Translations under genes and position numbers: made by a program
Shown here: one piece after another, positions 49,094 to 58,101 of the stretch
Numbering within the stretch: position 1 is the stretch's first letter
How the letters are laid out: each line of letters begins with the position of its first letter
Source of the DNA: Candidatus Zhuqueibacterota bacterium
GTDB lineage: Bacteria; Zhuqueibacterota; Zhuqueibacteria; Thermofontimicrobiales; Thermofontimicrobiaceae
Direction of reading: 5' to 3'
Length of the DNA: 64,000 nucleotides
Assembly (NCBI GenBank): GCA_049322915.1
Contig: JBMOPW010000032.1
Location: 160,001 to 224,000, forward strand
Notes under the pieces: model-generated
Seen by the model: the letters and a program-made list of their open reading frames with translations, nothing else
Told to the model about the DNA's origin: nothing
Databases searched by the model: none

Positions 49094-49555
49094 TTACTTT
49101 TCAGTCAACGATTCAGGGAATTCCTTTTTCAATGTCCGGAGTAATTTCTGTGTGCTGGCCAGCGCCTGAAGCAATTGATCTTCTTCGTCCTCATCCTTTT
49201 CCTGCCTCAGGTTCCAGGCCTTTTTGAGGTTTTCAAAAATCAGGCTGGTCTTTTTTAGCAGAATGTCGCCTAATTCCTTTCGGTTCGGTTTTCGACTTTT
49301 GAGCATCACTCGGGGACCAACGAAAAATCCAATCTGCTCCAGGTTCTCGATCTGTTCATTGAATAATACATTTTCATGACTATCAAAAACATCGAAGCGA
49401 TTGTCCCTTTGAAGGATGATTAAAAACTCCTCAAATTGGATTTCGTCCAACTCCCCCATGAGACTGAGCTTCAACCAGATTTTCTTTATCGGGACAATGA
49501 AATCGTGTTCTTCCTGAAGCAGTTGCTCTGCCAGATCCACGATGCGTGAACTCAT
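49094..49555 (-). CDS. Hypothetical protein
   Basis: 153-aa ORF with GAGG RBS; GFFVGPRVMLKSR motif; coiled C-terminus. Confidence 0.75.
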   Translation of the reverse strand: MSSRIVDLAEQLLQEEHDFIVPIKKIWLKLSLMGELDEIQFEEFLIILQRDNRFDVFDSHENVLFNEQIENLEQIGFFVGPRVMLKSRKPNRKELGDILLKKTSLIFENLKKAWNLRQEKDEDEEDQLLQALASTQKLLRTLKKEFPESLTEK

Positions 49556-50073
49556 TGTTACCTCTCTTCTTATTGATCTAACTGTGACACAAATGTGTCA
49601 AAAAAGTAATTCGCGCTACCACTAATATAGAAATATTACAATCAGTTTCAAGGATTTTTTCAGCTAAATTTTCAGAATTTTAAAACTGAAAATCCTTTTT
49701 TCTAAAATGTAATTTTCCAGCATGACTTCCGACCAGCTCACTCATTTCACATGGTAAATAATGCTTGATTTTTATTCAAATTATTTTAATTTTAAATTTG
49801 CACAATGCGGAACGAGGACGATTGATTTCTTTGTTAAAGTGAATGACCAGTCTTAAGATTTCGGGAGAAAAATGGCTGATGCCAGACTCCTCCGGACAGT
49901 TTTTAGATTACTGTTTTTTAAAATGGAGCTATCCCAACCAGACGTTGTGATTAATTCCGTGATTTATGATGGTGTTACATTTAAATAAACTCTGTTCAAT
50001 AGGACTTTCACCCAAATAACTTTTAACCGGACATTCACCTACTGAACAGCCAGTCATTATTGAAGGGCCTGCA

Positions 50074-50463
50074 ATGGGATTAATATGCGCCATTTTAGCA
50101 TCTGTGTACATCGTCGCCGTTTTTGTTTTTATCTGGGTGAGCATACGATTGGCCGGCTTCTCTCAGCAAAAAATATCCCATATTGCTTTTATGGCATTGA
50201 ACATTTTGATGGTTTCTTGGTTGGCCGGGATGGGGCTTGTCTTTGTCCCATTGGAATTGAAGCCGTTCATTCTGTTAATTGGAATGGCGCTCATTGTCCT
50301 CATCTTCATCCTTCTTTCGGATGAACAGGTTTTAAAAACGCTGATCGCCGGATTCGTTTTCATTTTTTGCCAGCTCTTCTTGCTCATGATCTTGTTGAGA
50401 GAGATATCAAACCGCGACCTGTTCCGACCGTTGCGAATATTTCTCTTTGAAAAATTTTATTGA
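50074..50463 (+). CDS. Small membrane protein (about 4 TM)
   Basis: Four hydrophobic segments; start uncertain. Confidence 0.6.
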   Translation: MGLICAILASVYIVAVFVFIWVSIRLAGFSQQKISHIAFMALNILMVSWLAGMGLVFVPLELKPFILLIGMALIVLIFILLSDEQVLKTLIAGFVFIFCQLFLLMILLREISNRDLFRPLRIFLFEKFY

Positions 50464-50530
50464 GTCTTTCCAGTGCTTGCAACGGGGACCGAAAAATGTA
50501 GTATCGTCACTTAATAAATTCAGGATCACT

Positions 50531-51493
50531 ATGTTCTATGTCGATAAATACGGCGTCCGAATTTTCGATAGCTCCTTCTGGCTGGACGCGCAGAGAAAGG
50601 TCCCTCTCTCCTTTGTTTCGCACGCTCACTCGGATCATGTTAAACCCCATAATGAAATTATAGCTACTCCGGCGACAATCAGTTTGGTGCAGCTCAGAAA
50701 TTCCAAACTCAATGGCAGGCCCCTGCCGTATCATCAGAAATTGGATTTGGACGATTTCACCATTGAACTGTTTCCGTCCGGTCATATTCTAGGTTCAGCG
50801 CAGATTCTCATTCGGAAGAATGGCGCTTCGCTACTTTATAGCGGCGATTTTCGCCAGGGCGAGAGTTTGACGGCCGAAGCGATGGAATTTACTCGAGCGG
50901 ATATTTTGATCATGGAGAGCACTTTCGGTGATCCGAAATTTGTCTTTCCAAAGCGGTGGATGATAATTGAACGGTTGGTGAAATTCATTGATAAGTGTTT
51001 CCATCATGGCGTTGTGCCGGTCATTATGGGGTATGCGATTGGCAAAGCCCAGGAAATTATCAAGATTTTGATTAACCTCGATTACCAGGTTTCGGTTCAT
51101 GCGACCATTGCGCCGATTTTAAAAGTGTACGAGCAGTATGGCATCGACTTCAAAAATTATCAGGTCTATCAGGGCGAGGACTTGCGCGGAAGGGTGCTTG
51201 TGATTCCGCCCCATTTGTCGCGGAGCCATCTCATTGAAAAAATCTGGAAAAGTAAAAAGCTGATTCTCACCGGGTGGGCTGCATCGCCTGATGCCAGGTA
51301 CCGGTATCATGCGGACGAGGCATTGCCCTTCAGCGATCATGCTGATTTTGAACAGCTCATAGAATATGTGCATCGGGTTCAACCCCAGCAGGTATTTGTA
51401 ACCCACGGCGATAATAATTTCATCCAACATCTCAGACGAGAAGGATTCCAGGCCAGTCCTTTGAAAGAGACAAATCAAATGACCCTGTTTTAA
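50531..51493 (+). CDS. MBL-fold/beta-CASP-like nuclease (DNA-ligase-associated exonuclease-like)
   Basis: SHAHSDH, SGHILGSAQ, YSGDF, MESTFG, YAIGKAQE, FSDHADF, VTHG. Confidence 0.88.
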   Translation: MFYVDKYGVRIFDSSFWLDAQRKVPLSFVSHAHSDHVKPHNEIIATPATISLVQLRNSKLNGRPLPYHQKLDLDDFTIELFPSGHILGSAQILIRKNGASLLYSGDFRQGESLTAEAMEFTRADILIMESTFGDPKFVFPKRWMIIERLVKFIDKCFHHGVVPVIMGYAIGKAQEIIKILINLDYQVSVHATIAPILKVYEQYGIDFKNYQVYQGEDLRGRVLVIPPHLSRSHLIEKIWKSKKLILTGWAASPDARYRYHADEALPFSDHADFEQLIEYVHRVQPQQVFVTHGDNNFIQHLRREGFQASPLKETNQMTLF

Positions 51494-51744
51494 TCCCTCA
51501 GACGGAGGGGACTGTTGCGCGTCATCGCGGATAAGTTATAGAAAATATTTTGCCAATCAGGTTTGTATCTGTTCGTGGCGGCGCCGGCAGAATGAAACCG
51601 GATGCTCTCTCTGAGCAGGGCCAGTTTCATGCAGTTCCAAGTCGTTTGTTTACTGCGATGGAAACGATCTGACGATATGGTTCGAGATAAGTTGCCTCAT
51701 CATAATTTTCACAGCGTCAATTTTTACGTGCGAGGAAAAGAAGC

Positions 51745-54297
51745 GTGGCGATTCGTGTTGATGATTATTTATCACCTTCTGCGGTGGCTGAGATGAGGGT
51801 GACGATTGCAAATGCGGATGAAAACGAGGTGTTTTTCGTAGGCAAAACGAATGATAAGAATATCGTCGAAAACATTGCGCCGTTCGCCCGTGGAAATCAA
51901 TCTGCTGTGCCGATAGTGAAGGAGATAGCAGAGCGGGGTGATGTCGTGGTTCACAATCATCCTTCAGGCGTACTCATTCCCTCCCAAAACGATCTCTTCA
52001 TTGCTGCGGAATTATCGGATATGGGAATCGCGAGCTATATCGTCAATAATACTGTGGACAAAATTTATGTCATCATCGAGCCATTCTCAAAGTCGACGAA
52101 AGTCCCCATTGATAAAGCGAAATTGTGTGACATGTTAGCACCGGGAGGTGTAGTTGCGCAACGGCTTGCAGGGTATGAATATCGTCCGCAGCAAATTGAA
52201 ATGATTGAGCACATCGTCGATGCCTTCAATTCAGAGAAAATAGCTGCTGTAGAAGCCGGCACCGGGGTCGGAAAATCGATGGCCTATCTCATTCCGGCAA
52301 TATATTGGTCCATTACGAACAATGAGAGGTGCGTTGTCTCAACGAACACCATCAATCTTCAGGAACAGTTGATTCACAAGGATATTCCCTTTTTGCAGAA
52401 GGCGTTGGACGTGAAATTCAATGCGATCCTTGTCAAAGGCAGAGGCAACTATATCTGCCTGCGAAAGCTGAATTCATTACAAAGAAATCAGGAGTCGCTA
52501 TTTCCTGAAGCGGAGTTGCAGGAAATTCAGGCGTTGGCTGAATGGGCTGAGGTTACTCCAGACGGCAGCAAATCGGATTTGAATTTTATGCCAAAAAGCA
52601 GTGTGTGGGAGAATGTGTGCGCTGAAAGCGATAGTTGTCTGAGGTCGTTTTGCCCGTATTTCAAAAGATGTTTTGTCTACAAAGCGAAACGTCGGGCAAA
52701 TAAGGCGCATATCCTGATTGTGAACCATCATTTACTCTTTTCAGATCTGGCTGTGAAATCCCTCGGATTTGAAATTGCTGTCCTGCCAAAATACCACCAT
52801 GTCATTTTTGATGAAGCGCATAATATCGAGGAAATTGCCACAGACTACTTTGGTTTTGGGGTGACTCGGACCGGAATTAACCGGGTATTCCATCGCCTGC
52901 ATCATCGCAAAGAAGGAAAAAATCTTGGCTATTTAAATCTATTGGATAAAAAGCTGTCAGCAGCGCTCGATGAACGTCCGTACACGCCGTTTCAGAAAAT
53001 CGTGGATCGAATTCAGTTGGAGCTTTTATCATTATCTGAAACGCTGTACGACCAGAACAATGAAGTCATGCAGACCATGTTCAATCACCTCAACACCTAT
53101 GGCCAGGCGCAGCAAATGGAAAATCGGTTCCGGATTGATACCGATAATTTTTCAAACACGGAGTGGCGTCGAGATGTTTTGGCAGAGGTGAATAAATTTC
53201 TATCAGCATTGGAGCGTTTTTACAGCAGTCTGGTCTTTATGTTGAATTCAATGGATAGTGTGGACATTGTTCTGAGCGAGGACATTCTTTCAACAAAAAT
53301 TGATATCGACAGCCAGGCGCTGCGCATCAAGGCCATCATGGATTCTATGAAACGAATCCTCCTGACTTCAGATGAAGAAAACGTGCGCTGGATCGAAACG
53401 AAAAGGATGAGTTCCGGCAATGACATCGTTCGGTTGCGGTTGGCCCCATTGAATATCTCGGATCAGATGAAGGAGTTTGTGTTTGAGAAATTTAAAACGA
53501 TCATATTGACCTCCGCGACGCTCACTGTAAGCGGACTGAAACATGGCGATGAGTTCAGCTTTCTCTCCAGACAGATCGGATTGGATCAACTGAAGCCTGC
53601 GCAGATAAACAAAGTGAAAATTCCCCCATCGTTTGATTTTAAAAATCAGGTGATCATGGCCATTCCGACAGATGTTCCTGATGTGGATGATCGGAAATAT
53701 TCGGAAGAACTGGCGGATATTATTTTTCGCGCGCTGCTCGTCAGTGGAGGACGGGCGTTTGTCCTGTTCACATCCTATGGAATTCTGAATCAAGTCTATC
53801 AGATGCTGGAGCCAAAGCTCGCCAGGCAGCGAATTGCGTCATTGAAACAGGGACAAATCGACCGCCATCATCTGCTGCAGCAATTTAAAAAAGATACCAC
53901 CAGCGTTTTGTTCGGCACTGATAGTTTCTGGCAGGGCGTGGATGTCGAAGGCGAGGCGCTGGAATCGGTCATTATCACCAAGCTGCCCTTCAGAGTGCCG
54001 ACCGATCCCATTATTGAAGCGCGGATTCAAGCGATCGAGCGGAATGGCGGGAATGCTTTTATGGAATACAGCGTGCCACAGGCGGTGATAAAACTCAAAC
54101 AAGGTTTTGGTCGACTCATTCGGAAAAAAACGGACCGGGGTTCTGTTTTTATTCTGGATAAAAGGATTCTTGAGAAATTTTACGGACGAATTTTTCTTCA
54201 GTCTCTCCCAAATGCACAACTCGTCACTGGACCCTCACTTACGGTGCTTCAGTCGGTTGAACAATTTTTCAAGGCATTCCGAAATAATCAATCGTAG
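51745..54297 (+). CDS. DinG/YoaA family Fe-S helicase with N-terminal JAB/MPN domain
   Basis: HNHPSGVLIPSQND; YEYRPQQ, EAGTGVGKS, KGRGNYIC, DEAH, TSATL, LFTSY, FWQGVD, QGFGRLIR. Confidence 0.92.
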   Translation: MAIRVDDYLSPSAVAEMRVTIANADENEVFFVGKTNDKNIVENIAPFARGNQSAVPIVKEIAERGDVVVHNHPSGVLIPSQNDLFIAAELSDMGIASYIVNNTVDKIYVIIEPFSKSTKVPIDKAKLCDMLAPGGVVAQRLAGYEYRPQQIEMIEHIVDAFNSEKIAAVEAGTGVGKSMAYLIPAIYWSITNNERCVVSTNTINLQEQLIHKDIPFLQKALDVKFNAILVKGRGNYICLRKLNSLQRNQESLFPEAELQEIQALAEWAEVTPDGSKSDLNFMPKSSVWENVCAESDSCLRSFCPYFKRCFVYKAKRRANKAHILIVNHHLLFSDLAVKSLGFEIAVLPKYHHVIFDEAHNIEEIATDYFGFGVTRTGINRVFHRLHHRKEGKNLGYLNLLDKKLSAALDERPYTPFQKIVDRIQLELLSLSETLYDQNNEVMQTMFNHLNTYGQAQQMENRFRIDTDNFSNTEWRRDVLAEVNKFLSALERFYSSLVFMLNSMDSVDIVLSEDILSTKIDIDSQALRIKAIMDSMKRILLTSDEENVRWIETKRMSSGNDIVRLRLAPLNISDQMKEFVFEKFKTIILTSATLTVSGLKHGDEFSFLSRQIGLDQLKPAQINKVKIPPSFDFKNQVIMAIPTDVPDVDDRKYSEELADIIFRALLVSGGRAFVLFTSYGILNQVYQMLEPKLARQRIASLKQGQIDRHHLLQQFKKDTTSVLFGTDSFWQGVDVEGEALESVIITKLPFRVPTDPIIEARIQAIERNGGNAFMEYSVPQAVIKLKQGFGRLIRKKTDRGSVFILDKRILEKFYGRIFLQSLPNAQLVTGPSLTVLQSVEQFFKAFRNNQS

Positions 54298-55118
54298 TTA
54301 CACATGGACTTTTCGAGGCGGAATTGAAATGCCGCTCAACCGGGATGTTTCATCGCCCGCAGATCGCGCAGACAGTTAAGATCAGAAAACTGGAGTCTTT
54401 TCGACCTGATCTGAAACTTTGCAGCGACTGTTCACAGGCCAAGCCCGAGCGTCGGTCGTTCCCATCGCTGTATCCGAGGCGAAGCGCATAATATCGTCGG
54501 GAAAAAGTGTTTCAAAATAAAACGAATAGTGCATCGATTCATTCGAAACTAGAAATTCGAGATAACTTCTGCACCGATGGTTTTCAGAGAGTGTGGCAAT
54601 CTGACATAAAAACGGTAGAATAAAGTTGCCTAACATTTGAATGGATTGATTTTTCACATTGTTTTCAATCGTCAGAAGTGTATTATTGATGCACGCAGTT
54701 TTGAAATAGTACATTGAGATGAGTCGCATTGAAACAAATTTTTAAATCGAGAAGAGTAGTTACAATAAATTAAACTAATCCTAATAATATTTTTTATTTG
54801 TTGTCGATAATGAATTTGTTGTGGGTCATCAGGAAAATTTTGGACAACAGCTAAAATGCAAAGAACAGATGATCGCAGGATAACTCAAATAAAAATAGCC
54901 TGAAAAAAGAGTGTGAATGGTAGTTAGATTTCAATTCCTGTGCTGCCTGACAGGCTGCATATTAATTTCATGATGCATGACAATGAAAAAATATGGGATG
55001 ACACATTAATTATGTGTAACATTTTTGAATAATGGTTTAACAGGAATGATAATTGCAATGCGAAGAATGTTGTACTGAGTACGGGGGGTAAGTTATAATA
55101 TAAGCAAGGGAACGAGTT

Positions 55119-56408
55119 ATGAAAAGCAATTTGATGGTGCGAGTTAACATGAAACAGTATGGACCCTTAACCCAAACTGAACTACGTACTCTGGTGAAAA
55201 AAGGGAAGTTCACTCTCAATGATTACGTTTGGGACGAGGAAGATAGCGAATGGGTAAAGGCCGAGCAGATCGAGCAACTGAAAAAGCTTTTCAGTATGGA
55301 TACGCTGGAAAATTCAGAACGAAAGGTGATAGCCATTGGCAGTGGAAAAGGAGGTGTCGGAAAGACTGTATTCACGGCTTCTCTCGGGGTTGGTCTGGCT
55401 GCATTGGGGAAAGAAGTAATTTTAATCGATGCTGATTTCGGTGGAGCGAATCTTCACACGTGCATGGGATTGTTGGAACCCAAGTACACGTTTCTCGATT
55501 ATTACACCATGGAACGTGAGTCGCTCGACGACATTATTCTGGATTCTCCGATAGAGAATTTGAAACTGATCAGCGGGGCCTGTGGCACATTGGGAATGGC
55601 CAATCCAAAATACACGCAAAAACAGCGGTTCATCAAGGAATTGCGGGACCTGCAGGCTGACTATATCATCATCGATTTGGGAGCGGGTACTTCGTACAAT
55701 GTGATCGATTTTTTCCTGGCCGTTGACGAAGGGATTGTGGTCACGACTCCGGATCCCATGGCCATTCAGGAAGCCTTTGAATTTATCAAATTATGTCTGA
55801 TTCGCAAGTTGCAGCAAACATTTAAAAACGAACCTGAAGTATTATCCATCCTTGAAATTGAAGGATTCAATAACCTGGCGCAGTTCAATGCCCCTGTTTC
55901 CGAGTTGTTGGCGCGCGCAGAAAAGACAGGACAGGCGCTTGTCTCCCGTGTGGAAGAAGTGTTGAATGCGTTCCGGCCAAAACTGATTTTAAACATGGTC
56001 ATGGAACCGGATGAGATCAAGGAGGGAATGTCTATCCGCACTGCGGTAGGTGAGTTACTATCCATTGATGTGGACTATGTCGGGTATATCGAATACGATG
56101 AAAAAATGCGTCAGTCAGTCAAAGACCTGCGGCCGTTTATTTTGCACCATCCAAATTCTCCGGCCGCACGAAGCATTGCAAAAATCATTACACTCAAATT
56201 GTTCAAAGACAGCAAATTCAAGTCAATCATGCACAACTGGCGCATGCGACAGAATATTCAACAGCAGGCGAATGGCTATCCCGCGGCGCAGGAACAACAG
56301 AACAACACAATTTGTTCGGTAAACTGTTTTTATTGGGACGATTGCGAATTTCAAAATGGCGGAATGCCCTGCCGAATACGTCATCTGGAGCCCATTTTCA
56401 AAATCTGA
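55119..56408 (+). CDS. GYF_2-domain / MinD-FlhG-type ATPase fusion with C-terminal Cys4 motif
   Basis: QYGPLT..EL...YVW....EW (GYF_2-like); GSGKGGVGKT, DADFGGANL, IDLGAGT; CSVNCFYWDDC...PC. Confidence 0.85.
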   Translation: MKSNLMVRVNMKQYGPLTQTELRTLVKKGKFTLNDYVWDEEDSEWVKAEQIEQLKKLFSMDTLENSERKVIAIGSGKGGVGKTVFTASLGVGLAALGKEVILIDADFGGANLHTCMGLLEPKYTFLDYYTMERESLDDIILDSPIENLKLISGACGTLGMANPKYTQKQRFIKELRDLQADYIIIDLGAGTSYNVIDFFLAVDEGIVVTTPDPMAIQEAFEFIKLCLIRKLQQTFKNEPEVLSILEIEGFNNLAQFNAPVSELLARAEKTGQALVSRVEEVLNAFRPKLILNMVMEPDEIKEGMSIRTAVGELLSIDVDYVGYIEYDEKMRQSVKDLRPFILHHPNSPAARSIAKIITLKLFKDSKFKSIMHNWRMRQNIQQQANGYPAAQEQQNNTICSVNCFYWDDCEFQNGGMPCRIRHLEPIFKI

Positions 56409-56437
56409 GACGGTTCATATAAAACGATTGGACTAAC

Positions 56438-56473
56438 GAACCAGGAATGATAGCCATTTCTGGTTCTTTTTTT
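56438..56473 (+). terminator. Rho-independent terminator
   Basis: GAACCAGGAATG/CATTTCTGGTTC stem plus T run. Confidence 0.75.
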
Positions 56474-56735
56474 GTCCCTCGACGAAAGCAATCTAAATAC
56501 TTTCTGTCTGCTCTTGAATGTCAATTGCCCACGGTGCCGACAAATCCGATGCTCATCCGTGTCAGCGCAACAGCGCAGGCAGAGCCTCGGTTCGGGTCTC
56601 TTCAATCGAACATAAATTTTTCCTTCCTTCCTCCGATGATAAGCAAATAATAATAAGAAAACTCTTTTTTTTTGAATGATAAATTCTTATATTCGGAATC
56701 CCAATTTGACATAAAACAGGAAGGTAGATTCGTCA

Positions 56736-58067
56736 ATGAATAAAACGATGCGCGCAGACGCCCTGAAAATTTTTAAATCCTCGCTGGATGCTGTTGACCC
56801 GGTTGCCGCGGTAAAAAAATTCCTGATAAAAAAGAACAGGACTGTGTCTGTCCAGGATCAATCCTTTTCGCTGGCCTCATTTGACGACGTGTACGTGATT
56901 GGTTTTGGCAAGGCAGCCGCAGCGATGGCAAAGGGTGTGGAGCAGGTTCTCGGCGATGATTTGAAACAGGGAATTATCAGCGTGAAATACGGCCATCTCG
57001 ATGAAGTTACATCCAGAATAAAAATCAATGAGGCGGCGCATCCAGTGCCGGATGAAGCGGGCGTTGCCGGCGCTACGGAGATAATTGAATTCCTGAAACA
57101 GCGAGGAGAACGGGATCTAGTTTTCTGTGTAATTTCAGGCGGGGGCTCTGCAATTTTCCCTCTGCCGTGCGAAGGGATTACTCTGGCTGAGAAGCAGGAA
57201 ACGACCCGGCAGTTGCTTTCGTGCGGAGCGGACATTAAAGAAATCAACGCCATCCGAAAACATATTTCGCGCGTGAAAGGGGGGCAACTGACGCGGGTTG
57301 CCTATCCTGCGACGCTGGTGACGCTCATTCTATCCGATGTCATTGGCGATCCGCTCGATAGCATCGCCTCGGGACCGACGGTGGCGGATCGCTCCACTTT
57401 TCAGGAGTGCCAGGCAATTCTTGAAAAATACCGGTTAGCGGGCAAAATACCTAAAGCAGTTGAGTCTCATCTCAGAAATGGCGCTGCGGGACAAATTCCG
57501 GATACGCCGAAGGAGGGTGATCCCGCCTTCAGCCGAACTCATAATTTTATCATTGGCAGCAATTGGGAGGCGGTGCAATCGGCGCAACGCTGCGCGGAAA
57601 GTCTGGGCTACCGTACGTTCGTGTTATCAACCTTCATCGAGGGAGAAACGAAAGACGTGGCCCGGGTGCATGCGGCCATTGCCAAAGAAATTAAAAAGAC
57701 AGGCAATCCCGTTGCTGCTCCAGCCTGCGTTATTTCCGGCGGGGAAACAACAGTGACGCTGCGCGGTGATGGCCTGGGTGGCCGCAATCAGGAATTCGTT
57801 CTGGCGGCTGCCATGGATATTAAAGGCATGGAGAACGTCGTTGTTCTCAGCGCCGGCACAGACGGCACTGATGGCCCAACCGATGCAGCCGGCGCCATCG
57901 CCGACGGCGAGACAATTGTTCGCTCCGAAAGCATGGGATTAAAAGCGCTCGAATACCTCCAGCGCAATGATTCCTACACCTATTTCAATATATTGGGCGA
58001 CCTGATCAAAACCGGGCCGACGAACACGAACGTGATGGATATTCGGTTATTGCTCGTGCGAAAATAG
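56736..58067 (+). CDS. Glycerate 2-kinase (MOFRL family)
   Basis: GKAA, AAHPVPD, ISGGGSA, IRKHISRVKGGQL, SDVIGD, GGETTV, GGRNQE, TGPTNTNVMD. Confidence 0.94.
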   Translation: MNKTMRADALKIFKSSLDAVDPVAAVKKFLIKKNRTVSVQDQSFSLASFDDVYVIGFGKAAAAMAKGVEQVLGDDLKQGIISVKYGHLDEVTSRIKINEAAHPVPDEAGVAGATEIIEFLKQRGERDLVFCVISGGGSAIFPLPCEGITLAEKQETTRQLLSCGADIKEINAIRKHISRVKGGQLTRVAYPATLVTLILSDVIGDPLDSIASGPTVADRSTFQECQAILEKYRLAGKIPKAVESHLRNGAAGQIPDTPKEGDPAFSRTHNFIIGSNWEAVQSAQRCAESLGYRTFVLSTFIEGETKDVARVHAAIAKEIKKTGNPVAAPACVISGGETTVTLRGDGLGGRNQEFVLAAAMDIKGMENVVVLSAGTDGTDGPTDAAGAIADGETIVRSESMGLKALEYLQRNDSYTYFNILGDLIKTGPTNTNVMDIRLLLVRK

Positions 58068-58101
58068 AGATGATCGGAGATTTTGCTAAGGTAGCATCAA
58101 A

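Noticed and set aside
54382..54729. 115-aa minus-strand ORF in the gap after dinG
   Set aside because: No clear RBS, atypical composition and no motif; more likely non-coding.
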